Below, piece by piece: positions 1 to 8,986 of a stretch of 21,523 nucleotides of DNA (the stretch's first letter is position 1; each line of letters starts with the position of its first letter). Made by a program: the position numbers and the translations under genes. The DNA is from Deltaproteobacteria bacterium Ga0077539 (lineage in GTDB: Bacteria; Myxococcota_A; Polyangia; Polyangiales; Ga0077539). The stretch spans positions 1 to 21,523 of the forward strand of contig LNEO01000117.1 of the NCBI GenBank assembly GCA_001465015.1. Direction: 5' to 3'. The notes beneath the pieces were generated by a model, which was not told the DNA's origin, ran no database searches, and worked only from the letters and a program-made list of their open reading frames with translations.

Positions 1-202
1 TGGGGGCCGCCGCGCGGCTTGGTGACAAACGTCGTTTCGTCGCTCGATTTGCAACTCCAACTCGCTTGTTATGCCGTGGAGTTTTCGGCGCCTATGCCCT
101 GGGGCCCTCCCCTCGCCGCCACCCTCGTCGCCCAGTTTGTCAGCGATCACGCCGATCACGAGCGCTCGATCAACGGAGCGGCCGCGACGCTCTCGAGCGC
201 GG

Positions 203-2494
203 TCAGCTCTCGGGCGCCGGCGGGGGATCGCTGTCGGGCCCTTCGTCCTCGGGGCCGCTGACCTCCGAGTGACCGAGGGAGAGCGCGTGGTACAGGCGAG
301 CCAGCGGCGCAGGCGCCCACCAATTCAAGTCGCCGAACAGCCGCATGGTGGCTGGCACGATCAGCACGCGGACGATCGTGGCGTCGAGCGCGACGGCGAT
401 GGCCATTCCGACGCCGACGGCCTTGAGGATCACGACCTCTGCGAGCGCGAAGGCCGAGAACACCGCCACCATGATGGCGGCCGCGCTGGTCACGAGCCGC
501 GCCGAACGCTCGAGCCCTTCAGCGACCGCGCGGGTGTTGTCCTTGGTGCGGAGGTACTCCTCCTGCATGCGCGTCAGCATCAGGACCTCGTAGTCCATCG
601 AGAGGCCGAACACCGCGCAGAACAGGATCACCGGCAGCACCGGCTCGACCGGCTGCGGCTCGAAGCGAAGCAGCCATCGGAGGTGGCCGTCTTCGAAGAT
701 CCAGACGAGCGCGCCGAAGCTCGCAGAGAGGCTCAAGAGGTTCATGAGCACGGCCTTGATGGGCAGCACCACCGAGCCGAGCAGGATGAAGAGCACGATG
801 GCGGTCATCACCATCACGAAGCCGATGGCCCACGGGCTCTTGGAGAGCACGTATGCAGTGGTGTCGACGTCGAGGGCGGTCGGGCCGCTGACCCAGGACT
901 CGCCGCCGCTCGGACGGATCGCGCGCGCGGCGCGAACGACCGAGCGAGCGGTCTCGGAGTGCGAGTCGCCGCGGGTGACGAGGCTGAAGATGATGACTCG
1001 GTCAGTCGAGACGTACTTTCGCGCCTCTTCGAGGAGCGTCGGTCGAAACATGTCCGGCAGCCCGTACACATTGACGTAGCCGTCGGCGTCGAGCGAAGGG
1101 TCGAGGTCGACGTAGCTCTCGACCTTGGTGACCCCTGGGATCGCCGCGAGCCTGCGAGAGTACGCGAAGCTCGCGCGGACGCGGGCCTCGTCGGTGCTGC
1201 TCGAGCCTTCGGGCAGCCTTTGAACGACCGTGACTCGATTGGCGCCGAGCTCTGGAAAATCTCGGACGATCGCGTCGTAGCCCCGGCGCGCTTCGACGTG
1301 CGGCGGCAGGACCGTGACGCTCGCGGCCGCCATGGTCATGCGCAGAAACGGCGCTCCCGCGGCGATGGTAAACGCGAGCGTCGGCGCAAGAACGAGCAGC
1401 GGGCGACGCATGACCCAGCGGGCGATGCGACGCCAGAAGCCGCCCGCGTCGCTCGAGTTTGCGCGGGTCTTGACGATGCGAAGCGCGTTGACGCGAGGGC
1501 CGAGCAACGACAAGAGCGCCGGCAAGAGCGTGAGGGCGAAGAGCACGGCGAGCGCGACGACGATGGCGCCGGCGACACCCATCGAGGCGAGGAAGGTGCC
1601 TCGGTAGAAGAGCAAGCCAGACATTCCGATGACGACGGCGACGCCCGAGAAGGCGACGGCGCGGCCAGCGGTGGCGAGCGTTCGACTGAGGGCCTGGTCC
1701 GTCGGGTGACCGAGCGCGAGCTCGTCGCGAAACCGATTGACGATAAAGAGCGCGTAGTCGATGGCGACGCCGAGGCCGACGAGGGACGTGACGTTGAGGC
1801 TGTACTGCGTGACGTCCATCGACCGAGACGTGAGAAACACGCCGGCCATTCCTGCGACGACGGCGAGTCCTCCGACGCCGACCGGAAGCGCGGCAGCGGC
1901 GAGCGAGCCGAACACGAGCAGCAAGACGAGCAGCGCGAGCGGCGCGGAGATCAGCTCGCCCTTGAAGAGGTCTCTCTCGAGCGTTCGATCGAGGTCTTCT
2001 TTGTACGCGAGGTTGCCGGTGAGGGTGAGCTCGACCGCGGGATCGGGCCGCAGCCTCGCGCGCAGCTCGCGAAACGTCGTCTGCGCCGTTTTCATGTCGC
2101 CGCGGACGGAGGCCTGCAAAACGACGCCGCGGTTGTCGCGGGATCGAAGGATCGCGGCCACCGTGGGCGCGAGATCGAACGGAACGACGAGCTGCGAGAC
2201 CCGCGGATCATTCTTGATCGGGGCGACCGAGCGATCGAGCGCGCTGCGAAAACCCTCGTCGTCGATCGTTCCGCGTCGCGCGCGGGCGACGACGAGAAAC
2301 GACGTCGGTCCAGGACGGCCGAGCTCGCGCTCGAGCACCGTCTGACCGCGATCGGCCTCGGTCATCGGGAAGTTCGCCGGCGCGAGCACCCCTCCACGCG
2401 ACAGAACACCGATCGACAGCGCGAGCACCAGGGCGCTCAGCGCGAAGATCAGCGTTCGATATCGATGAATGATCAAACCCCAGCGGGCAAGCAT
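203..2494 (-). CDS. MMPL-family (RND-superfamily) membrane transporter/exporter
   Basis: 763-aa ORF with ATG at 2494 and TGA at 203-205. Two blocks of about six hydrophobic helices flank large soluble loops, which is the typical MMPL/SSD topology. The antisense 815-aa ORF 71..2518 is Arg/Asp-rich junk. Confidence 0.8.
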   Translation of the reverse strand: MLARWGLIIHRYRTLIFALSALVLALSIGVLSRGGVLAPANFPMTEADRGQTVLERELGRPGPTSFLVVARARRGTIDDEGFRSALDRSVAPIKNDPRVSQLVVPFDLAPTVAAILRSRDNRGVVLQASVRGDMKTAQTTFRELRARLRPDPAVELTLTGNLAYKEDLDRTLERDLFKGELISAPLALLVLLLVFGSLAAAALPVGVGGLAVVAGMAGVFLTSRSMDVTQYSLNVTSLVGLGVAIDYALFIVNRFRDELALGHPTDQALSRTLATAGRAVAFSGVAVVIGMSGLLFYRGTFLASMGVAGAIVVALAVLFALTLLPALLSLLGPRVNALRIVKTRANSSDAGGFWRRIARWVMRRPLLVLAPTLAFTIAAGAPFLRMTMAAASVTVLPPHVEARRGYDAIVRDFPELGANRVTVVQRLPEGSSSTDEARVRASFAYSRRLAAIPGVTKVESYVDLDPSLDADGYVNVYGLPDMFRPTLLEEARKYVSTDRVIIFSLVTRGDSHSETARSVVRAARAIRPSGGESWVSGPTALDVDTTAYVLSKSPWAIGFVMVMTAIVLFILLGSVVLPIKAVLMNLLSLSASFGALVWIFEDGHLRWLLRFEPQPVEPVLPVILFCAVFGLSMDYEVLMLTRMQEEYLRTKDNTRAVAEGLERSARLVTSAAAIMVAVFSAFALAEVVILKAVGVGMAIAVALDATIVRVLIVPATMRLFGDLNWWAPAPLARLYHALSLGHSEVSGPEDEGPDSDPPPAPES

Positions 2495-2507
2495 CGGACT
2501 CTATTGC

Positions 2508-3005
2508 TCAGAGGGTGAACTCGGCGGCGTTGTCCCCCTCGGAGACCTTCAGCCACATCGCTGCCTGATCCCCCTCGTACACGAGCTTGCCACCCTGCGT
2601 GAAGCGAAGTTGATAGCGAGCGAACGTTCGGAGCGATCCTTTTCGTAGCTGGGTGGTCCAGCCTTCGAGCTCGAGCGGCTCTCCCATCCGCGCGAGGTGA
2701 TGAAACTTCGCGCTGTGAATCTTCGCGCCATACCCGATCCAGCCGTCGGCGTGCCGAAGTCCGAGGACGTAGTACGCGTGGACAAATCCTACCATCCCGG
2801 TCATGTGCACCATCAGACCGCCGGAGACGTGCCTCGGGTGACGGACGGGATGCACACGCTGATCGCGGGTGAGCGGGAGGCCTTCGTGCGCGGGCATTCG
2901 ACAGCGGACGTAGCTGCGCGCGGCGTCGACTTCGAGCACATCGTCGATCAAGAGCGCGTCAGGGGCGTAGGGACAGTCGTCGATAAAAGGTTGTTCGAGC
3001 GCCAT
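2508..3005 (-). CDS. hotdog-fold protein (FabA/FabZ-/ApeI-like dehydratase or thioesterase family)
   Basis: About 165 aa starting at ATG 3005; the ORF track starts at GTG 3041. Size and His/Gly-rich core (HPVRHPRHVSGGLMVHMTGMVGF) fit a hotdog fold. Its stop lies 14 nt upstream of the MMPL start on the same strand, so the two are probably an operon. Confidence 0.45.
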   Translation of the reverse strand: MALEQPFIDDCPYAPDALLIDDVLEVDAARSYVRCRMPAHEGLPLTRDQRVHPVRHPRHVSGGLMVHMTGMVGFVHAYYVLGLRHADGWIGYGAKIHSAKFHHLARMGEPLELEGWTTQLRKGSLRTFARYQLRFTQGGKLVYEGDQAAMWLKVSEGDNAAEFTL

Positions 3006-3141
3006 TGAGCGGCGCGGAGGGTACACGCATGGCGCCTTCACGCGAACGGGCTACAAGTACCGCAACAATTCGCGTGGCGTGCGCGTCGGTTGCTACGCTG
3101 TGCTACCTCCCGTTCGCACGCCCTCGAATCGCAGCCCTCGA

Positions 3142-4230
3142 ATGCTCCACGCAAATCGCAATTCAGCCTTGGACACCGCCGTGTTGCTCACGCTCGACGC
3201 AGCGGGGGTGGCCTTCGCGCTGTTCGACGGCGACGGGATGAGCGTCGAGACGAGCCGCTCATTTGACGCGCTCTCTGCGCTGCCGACGGAGGCCCAGCGG
3301 GACTTTTTGCACGATCGAGTGCTCGCGGCGGTGTCGCGCGCCCTCAGCGGCGAAGACGTCGACGATCACTGCGACCTCGGGGGGGACGGCGAGCAGTCGG
3401 ACGCGCACTGCCGGCGCCTGACGGCGCGGAGAGTCGACGGCGCCGACGCGACGCGGGTGGTCGTGTGGCTATCGGACTCGAGCGACGCGGCCCGCGCGGA
3501 GGCTCACGCCAAGGCGAACGCGGCCCGCGCTGCGAAAGCCGAGGCAGCCAAGGACCAGTTTCTCGCGACGCTGTCGCACGAGCTTCGCACGCCGCTCGCG
3601 ACGATCCTGGGATGGACGCAGCTCTTGAAGAGCCGCAGCCCCGACGCAACCACGATCGACGGCGCGATGGCCACCATCGATCGAGCGGCGCGGGCTCAGC
3701 TTCGATTGATCGACGATATCCTCGTGGCCGCGCGAGTGGTCGCTGGCGCGCTCAGGCTCGAGCGACGAAAGGTCGACGTCGCGCTCGCGGTTTCGCGCGC
3801 TGCCGAAGCGGTGCGAGCGACGGCAGAGAGCAAGGACGTGCGGCTGCAGATGGCGCTCGAAGACGACTGTTTCGTCGACGGCGACCCGGGAAAGCTCGAG
3901 CACGTGGCGTTTCATCTGCTCGGCAACGCGATCAAGTTCAGCGCGCGCGGCGGGTCGGTGCGCGTGTTGGTGGGCCGCGATCGCGCCCGCCAAACGGCGA
4001 CGATTTCGGTGAGCGACGACGGCGTCGGCATCGTCGCTGAGCTCTTGCCGCGGGTGTTCGATCGCTTTACGCAGGGCGAGTCGGGCCTCACCCGCGCCCA
4101 CGGCGGACTCGGCCTCGGGCTGTCGCTCGCCCGGCACCTCGTCGAGGCGCACGGCGGCTCGATCGACGTCGAGAGCGAAGGCCCCGGTCGAGGAACGACC
4201 GTGCTGATCCGAATGCCGCTCGCCTCGTGA
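3142..4230 (+). CDS. sensor histidine kinase (cytoplasmic; N-terminal GAF/PAS-like sensor, HisKA + HATPase_c)
   Basis: H-box FLATLSHELRTPLATILGW, and G-boxes DGVGI and GGLGLGLSLARHLVEAHGGSIDVESEGPGRGTTVLIRMP. No TM helices are apparent. Start is ATG 3142, with an alternative GTG at 3079. No response regulator is adjacent. Confidence 0.8.
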   Translation: MLHANRNSALDTAVLLTLDAAGVAFALFDGDGMSVETSRSFDALSALPTEAQRDFLHDRVLAAVSRALSGEDVDDHCDLGGDGEQSDAHCRRLTARRVDGADATRVVVWLSDSSDAARAEAHAKANAARAAKAEAAKDQFLATLSHELRTPLATILGWTQLLKSRSPDATTIDGAMATIDRAARAQLRLIDDILVAARVVAGALRLERRKVDVALAVSRAAEAVRATAESKDVRLQMALEDDCFVDGDPGKLEHVAFHLLGNAIKFSARGGSVRVLVGRDRARQTATISVSDDGVGIVAELLPRVFDRFTQGESGLTRAHGGLGLGLSLARHLVEAHGGSIDVESEGPGRGTTVLIRMPLAS

Positions 4231-4237
4231 GCTACGG

Positions 4238-4249
4238 GGGAAATTTCCC
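4238..4249. promoter_or_regulatory. perfect 12-bp palindrome GGGAAATTTCCC in the histidine-kinase/STPK1 intergenic region
   Basis: Read directly from the sequence, 8 nt after the kinase stop codon. An AT-core palindrome in a ~70% GC background suggests a dimeric regulator site or the core of a terminator. Confidence 0.3.
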
Positions 4250-4387
4250 ACTTCCTGCAGCGGAGCGGATCGAGGCTAGCATACAAGCCGTTCGAAGCGT
4301 CCACGCGCGGTGATTTCAAGCTCCAAGGGTGTCGTTATATGGCATTCTTGTGGGCGCGATCACCCGTCGCTGCATCGTCCCAACTCC

Positions 4388-5974
4388 ATGCCCATCCTGA
4401 CCGACGAAGAACGGCTCGGCTCCACGCTCGCCGGAAAATACGTGATCGACGCGATCATCGGGCGCGGCGGAATGGGTGCGGTCTTCTCGGGACATCACGC
4501 GATCTCGGGCCGGTCGGTGGCGATCAAGGTTCTTCACTCGCATCACGTTCGTGATCCGGTGGCGGTCCATCGGTTCCTCAACGAAGCGAAGACCGCCGCG
4601 GCGTTTCGCCACCCAAACGTCGTCGACGTGATCGACGTCGATGCGCTCGATGACGGGACCGTGTACCTGGTGCTCGAGCTGCTCGAAGGCGAGACGCTCG
4701 GCGAGCTGCTCGACCGAGAGAAGAAGCTCTCGGTCGAACGAACGTTGTCGACGTTGATCCCCGTGCTCCGCGCCGTCGCGCACGCGAACCGGATGAACAT
4801 TATTCACCGGGACCTCAAGCCGGACAACATCTTCCTCGCGCAGAGCAAGCGCGGCGTGGTGTCGGTGGTCCTCGACTTCGGCATCGCCAAGACGCTCGAC
4901 GGAGGCGAACAGAGCGTCAATACGGTCACCGGCACGATTTTGGGAACGCCGCAGTACATGCCGCCGGAGCAAGCGCTCGGGGCGAGCGAGAGCGCGCCTT
5001 CGCTCGACGTGTACGCGATGGGAGTCGTCGCCTTCGAGTGCCTCGCCGGACAGCGTCCGATCGATGGCCCGACGCCGACGGCGATCCTCGCGAAGCTCAT
5101 CAACGACCAATCGACGAAGCTCTCGAGCGTCGCGCCCGATCTTGCTCCGAGCCTCGTCGACATCATCGAGAAGGCGAAGAGCCACGATCCTGAAGCACGC
5201 TTTCAGACCTGCGACGCCTTCGCCGACGCTCTCGAGCAAGTCGCGGCGCAGCTCGGCATCACCGTCGAGATCGTCGATGCGACCGGAAGGCTCGCGACGC
5301 ACGAAGGCGGGCGAAGCCAGCGACTTCGGACGGTCTCGGGCGTCGATGTTTCGGCGCGCTACGCCGCGGTGAAGGCCCAGTCCAATCCGCCGCCGATTAT
5401 CGCCGAAACCATGGACGAGGCGCCGCGCGGTACGCCGAGCAGCGGCGTGGCGATTCCGCGCAGACCGCACAGCACGTTCGCTCCGACCACTTCGTCGCGC
5501 AGCCCCGGCGGGTCGCCAGCGTCGCTCATCGGTGCGGCTGTGGCCTTTGTCATCGTCGCCGGCGCGGGCGCTCTCACGCTCCGCCGAACGACCGCGACGC
5601 CCTCGCGCCGCGCCCCGGACATCACGCCCACCGCCGCCGTCACGCCCTCCGCTGTCCTGCCGCGCCCATCCGCGATCGAGCCCGCGCTGTCTGTTGTGCG
5701 ACCTACGGTCACGCCTCCGACGACACCAGCAGCAGTGTTGTCCGGAACGACGGCGAGTCGCAGCGACGCCGGCGCGTCACTGACCGACCCCGAGCGTCGC
5801 GCCGCAAGAACGCAACGCGTCGACCGCGCTCACTCCGCCACGTCCGGCGCCACCGCCGGGCCTTCCGCTGCACAGCCCCAGGTCGCTCGACCCGGGACAA
5901 CAACGACAACCGCCACGACCAGCGCTTCGACCAACGGCAATCGTCGACTGCCCGAGGTCGCTCGCGAGTGGTGA
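4388..5974 (+). CDS. Ser/Thr protein kinase (Hanks type), single TM, extracytoplasmic Pro/Thr/Ser/Ala-rich tail
   Basis: Motifs [33 protein letters not shown] and [10 protein letters not shown]. One TM helix ([19 protein letters not shown]) is followed by about 130 aa of low-complexity P/T/S/A sequence. ATG is at 4388. Confidence 0.85.
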   Translation: MPILTDEERLGSTLAGKYVIDAIIGRGGMGAVFSGHHAISGRSVAIKVLHSHHVRDPVAVHRFLNEAKTAAAFRHPNVVDVIDVDALDDGTVYLVLELLEGETLGELLDREKKLSVERTLSTLIPVLRAVAHANRMNIIHRDLKPDNIFLAQSKRGVVSVVLDFGIAKTLDGGEQSVNTVTGTILGTPQYMPPEQALGASESAPSLDVYAMGVVAFECLAGQRPIDGPTPTAILAKLINDQSTKLSSVAPDLAPSLVDIIEKAKSHDPEARFQTCDAFADALEQVAAQLGITVEIVDATGRLATHEGGRSQRLRTVSGVDVSARYAAVKAQSNPPPIIAETMDEAPRGTPSSGVAIPRRPHSTFAPTTSSRSPGGSPASLIGAAVAFVIVAGAGALTLRRTTATPSRRAPDITPTAAVTPSAVLPRPSAIEPALSVVRPTVTPPTTPAAVLSGTTASRSDAGASLTDPERRAARTQRVDRAHSATSGATAGPSAAQPQVARPGTTTTTATTSASTNGNRRLPEVAREW

Positions 5975-5984
5975 AACAGCTCCC

Positions 5985-7034
5985 GTGAACTTCGCAAAGA
6001 GTCGACCAAGCGTCTGTCCCCTGCGCCGTGCGTTTTGCGCCTGGACGCTAGCGGCCGCGTCGACGGCCGCTTCGAGCGCGGCGCTCGCACAGGTGGACGG
6101 CGGTTCGCCGGACGGAGCGGCGGCTTCGATGAGCGCGGCGTCCACCAATCCGGACGCGGGCGCGCGGCCGATCGATGCGCGCGCGGCCGAAGCGCGACGC
6201 GCGTTCGAGCGAGCCGTCGCGTTCTCGCAAGAGGAGCGCTGGGGCGAGGCGCTCGAGGAGTTTCGGCGCTCGATGGAGCTCGTCGAGCGTCCGAACGCGG
6301 CGTTCAACATGGCCACGACGCTCGTGAGGCTCGGCCGGCACGTCGAGGCGATCGCCGCGTTCGAGCGGTACATGGAGATCACCGACCGCGTCGCCGACGC
6401 GGTTCGCGTCGCCAACGCGCAAGAGCAGATCACAGCGGAGCGAGCGATCGTCGCGACCGTGGTGTTGACCGTCGATCCGCCGCAGGCCGAGCTTCGCGTG
6501 GACGGGCGCAGCAGAGGCGACGTCACAGGAGCAACCCGCACGATCTCGCTCGATCCAGGCTCGCACACGATCGAGTTGCAAGCGCCTCGACACCGACCGT
6601 TTTCGACTTCGTTTCGCCTGACCAGCGGCGAGAGGCGAGAGATCGCGGCGCGTCTGGTCGCCGTGACGACCGCGACGCTCGAGGTGAGCCCCAGCGTCGC
6701 CACCGCGTCGGTGCTCGTCGACGGCGCGCCGTTCGGGCGCGGGCCGCAGCAGGTCCCATCGGGGCCACACGAAATCATCGTCACCGCCGTCGGGCACGAT
6801 CGATACCGCCGTCGCGTCACGCTCGAGCCCGAGGCGTCGCTCCGCGTCGACGCCGCTCTGCAACGCACGGTCATCGCGCGTGGGCTCCACGAGAACCCGC
6901 TGTTTTGGGTCGCGGTCGGCGGCGGAGTGATCGCGGTCACGACCGCGGTGGTGCTCGGCGTCGTGTTCGGCACGCCTCAGCCAGAGACGATGACCTCGAC
7001 CGGCATCGTGATTCAGGGCTTGTCCGGCCGCTGA
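5985..7034 (+). CDS. secreted/membrane-anchored PEGA-domain protein with TPR-like N-terminal region
   Basis: GTG start 10 nt after the STPK1 stop. Signal peptide (RPSVCPLRRAFCAWTLAAASTAASSAALA|QV). Two PEGA-like beta modules (ATVVLTVDPPQAELRVDGRSRGD..., ATLEVSPSVATASVLVDGAPFGRGPQQV...). C-terminal TM helix LFWVAVGGGVIAVTTAVVLGVVFG. Confidence 0.65.
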   Translation: MNFAKSRPSVCPLRRAFCAWTLAAASTAASSAALAQVDGGSPDGAAASMSAASTNPDAGARPIDARAAEARRAFERAVAFSQEERWGEALEEFRRSMELVERPNAAFNMATTLVRLGRHVEAIAAFERYMEITDRVADAVRVANAQEQITAERAIVATVVLTVDPPQAELRVDGRSRGDVTGATRTISLDPGSHTIELQAPRHRPFSTSFRLTSGERREIAARLVAVTTATLEVSPSVATASVLVDGAPFGRGPQQVPSGPHEIIVTAVGHDRYRRRVTLEPEASLRVDAALQRTVIARGLHENPLFWVAVGGGVIAVTTAVVLGVVFGTPQPETMTSTGIVIQGLSGR

Positions 7035-8794
7035 CCGCGCGAGGCGCGAACGCGCGCGACTTCGCGCGTGAAGATTCGCCGCAGGATGGCCGAGGCGCAG
7101 CCGTAGGTGCTCTCGACGCCGAAGTAGCTCAGGGACTTCGAGAGCAGCTCCTGTCGTCGCGAGTAGGGCGTGTCCGAAGCGTAGTGCACGACGCCGAGCT
7201 CGAAGGGAACTGCGTTGGACAAGTGCACGATCGAGCCGCTCGGGTGGCGGTCGGGAAACGCGAGCTCGAACACCGCGCTCAGATAGGGACCGGCCTCCAT
7301 CTCCAGCACTGTGTATCCGTCGCGGTAGTAGTCGGCCATGTATGCGCGGTTCTGCAGAAACGCCGACCGAACGGTGAGCGCCTTCTGTCCGTCGAGCACG
7401 GTTCCGCGGCGCATGAAGGGCTCGAGGTCACCGGCGCTGAACGCGTTGCGAAACATGTAGCGATTTCGCGAGTGCTCGTCGAACACGGTGTCCGAGAGCA
7501 TCACGTCGCCGACGCGTCCGTTGAGCGTCGCAGCCTTGCCCATCACGTAGACGCCGAGCATGTCGCTCGCGCCCTGAACGAGCCGCGTGAGCAGGTGATA
7601 CGCCGCCATGCCCAGCGGGTAGTCGATGTTGAGCACGACGGCGTCGCTCTGCGCCAGCAGCTCGATGCCATCGACGCGCACGCGAGGATCGAGCCGCTCG
7701 GGCTTGAGCGCCGCGAGGTCGACCAGCTGCGCCGAAACGTCCACCTTTCCTGGGCTGGGGACGGTGCGAACGCCGGACTGCGCGTCGAAATCTTGCACCT
7801 GCTGCAGGAGCGAGCGCGTGTCGACGTCGGACTCGTGAAGCCACGCGCGCAAGAGGTAGTACGTGAGGTTCGACAGCGTGTCCTCGTCGCGGTTCTCGAG
7901 CGCGCTCTCGACGACCTCCGCGAGCCGCTCCGGGTTCTTGCGGCGAACGAAGTCGATGATCGATTCGCGATGGGTCCGCGCGTATCCACCACACAAATTC
8001 AAGATCGAGTGCGTGTTGGACGAGACGAAGTAGAGCGGCGGACGCTTGCGCGGCGCGTCGCGGACGTACGCGGGCTCGATCCCGCTCCACCAGCGATGGG
8101 CTGCGCGCTGATAGCCCGTGTAGGTCGTCGAGAGAACGCGCAGGCGCAGGTCGCACTCGCGCGAGACGATCGCGCGAAGACCGCGGTCGATCCCGTCCCC
8201 GAGCCCGGCGCGAAGCGTCGCGACGCCCGCAGCGTCGAGGCCGAGGAGCGTGGCGAGCTCGGCGTCGTCGATCGAGAGCGAGTCGCCTTCTTCGGTTCGC
8301 GCGATGGCGCGGCCGAGCGCTGTGTGCGCGAGCCGTTCGTGGAGCTTGTTCCACTCGATCTGGTAGGCCGTGACGATCGGGATGAGGTCGTCGAGGTCGC
8401 TTGTGCTCGTGAGAAACACCGCGAGCGTCTTGTCTCCGTCGTAGCGGAGCGGCCGTCGACGGCCTCGCGTGCGCACCTCCGCCCAGTCGCGCACCTCGAG
8501 GCCGATGGTCTCGAACTGCTCGTGTGACTGCCCGAGGATGATTCGCTCGATCGACGCCATGCAGGACGGCAGGCGCGCCGCCGCATAGGCGAAGGCCGCG
8601 ACGTCGGGAACGACATCGTGCGCCCCGAGGTGCAGCGTCGAGTCGCTGAACGCATGCGCTTCCTCGAACGCGCGGACGCGCACCTCGCCGGTCGTGCGCA
8701 AGAGCGAGTAGTACGTTCGAATATAGAGTTCGACGCCGTCGCTCGCGCCCTGGAGGCCGCCGTCGTCGCGGGGAGTCACTTTGCTAGAGGTCAT
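7013..8794 (-). CDS. AMP-nucleosidase-like protein: long unknown N-terminal region plus C-terminal PNP/MTAN-superfamily nucleoside phosphorylase/hydrolase domain
   Basis: The C-terminal ~230 aa show PNP_UDP_1-like motifs: VVLNIDYPLGMAAYHLLTRL, VMGKAATLNGRVGDVMLSDTVFDE, and TVLEMEAGPYLSAV (the E-M-E catalytic motif). The architecture resembles Amn (regulatory N-domain plus catalytic domain). ATG is at 8794, with a GTG alternative at 8800. The 3' end overlaps the PEGA gene by 22 nt in convergent orientation. Confidence 0.5.
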   Translation of the reverse strand: MTSSKVTPRDDGGLQGASDGVELYIRTYYSLLRTTGEVRVRAFEEAHAFSDSTLHLGAHDVVPDVAAFAYAAARLPSCMASIERIILGQSHEQFETIGLEVRDWAEVRTRGRRRPLRYDGDKTLAVFLTSTSDLDDLIPIVTAYQIEWNKLHERLAHTALGRAIARTEEGDSLSIDDAELATLLGLDAAGVATLRAGLGDGIDRGLRAIVSRECDLRLRVLSTTYTGYQRAAHRWWSGIEPAYVRDAPRKRPPLYFVSSNTHSILNLCGGYARTHRESIIDFVRRKNPERLAEVVESALENRDEDTLSNLTYYLLRAWLHESDVDTRSLLQQVQDFDAQSGVRTVPSPGKVDVSAQLVDLAALKPERLDPRVRVDGIELLAQSDAVVLNIDYPLGMAAYHLLTRLVQGASDMLGVYVMGKAATLNGRVGDVMLSDTVFDEHSRNRYMFRNAFSAGDLEPFMRRGTVLDGQKALTVRSAFLQNRAYMADYYRDGYTVLEMEAGPYLSAVFELAFPDRHPSGSIVHLSNAVPFELGVVHYASDTPYSRRQELLSKSLSYFGVESTYGCASAILRRIFTREVARVRASRGQRPDKP

Positions 8795-8986
8795 CGTCAC
8801 CGAATGCGGCGTAGGCTCGCAGAATCACCCCGAGAAACACAATGGCCCGCGAATGTGGCGCTCGCGTGAATGACAGAGAACTGTCGCCAAATCGGAAACT
8901 GCGGCATCGTTGTGGTAGTTGAAGAGCGGGCGCGGCCGCTGCGACAGGTCCAGCGAAGCCCGATCGCTCGAGGAAGAAGGCACACA

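Noticed and set aside
1-202. Possible partial gene at the left edge (an open minus-strand frame reaching position 1, and plus ORF 19..261)
   Set aside because: There is no convincing start, no motif, and the composition is not protein-like. The segment is too short to call, and may be the 3' UTR or intergenic region downstream of the MMPL gene.
71-2518. 815-aa plus-strand ORF rich in Arg/Asp/Glu/His
   Set aside because: It is antisense to the MMPL gene. It has low-complexity charged composition typical of high-GC shadow frames and no recognisable domain.
3469-4251. 260-aa minus-strand ORF inside the histidine kinase
   Set aside because: It is antisense to clear HisKA/HATPase motifs and is Arg-rich.
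6035-8527. 830-aa plus-strand ORF
   Set aside because: It is a shadow frame spanning the PEGA gene and the antisense of the nucleosidase-like gene. It is Arg/Asp-dominated with no motifs.
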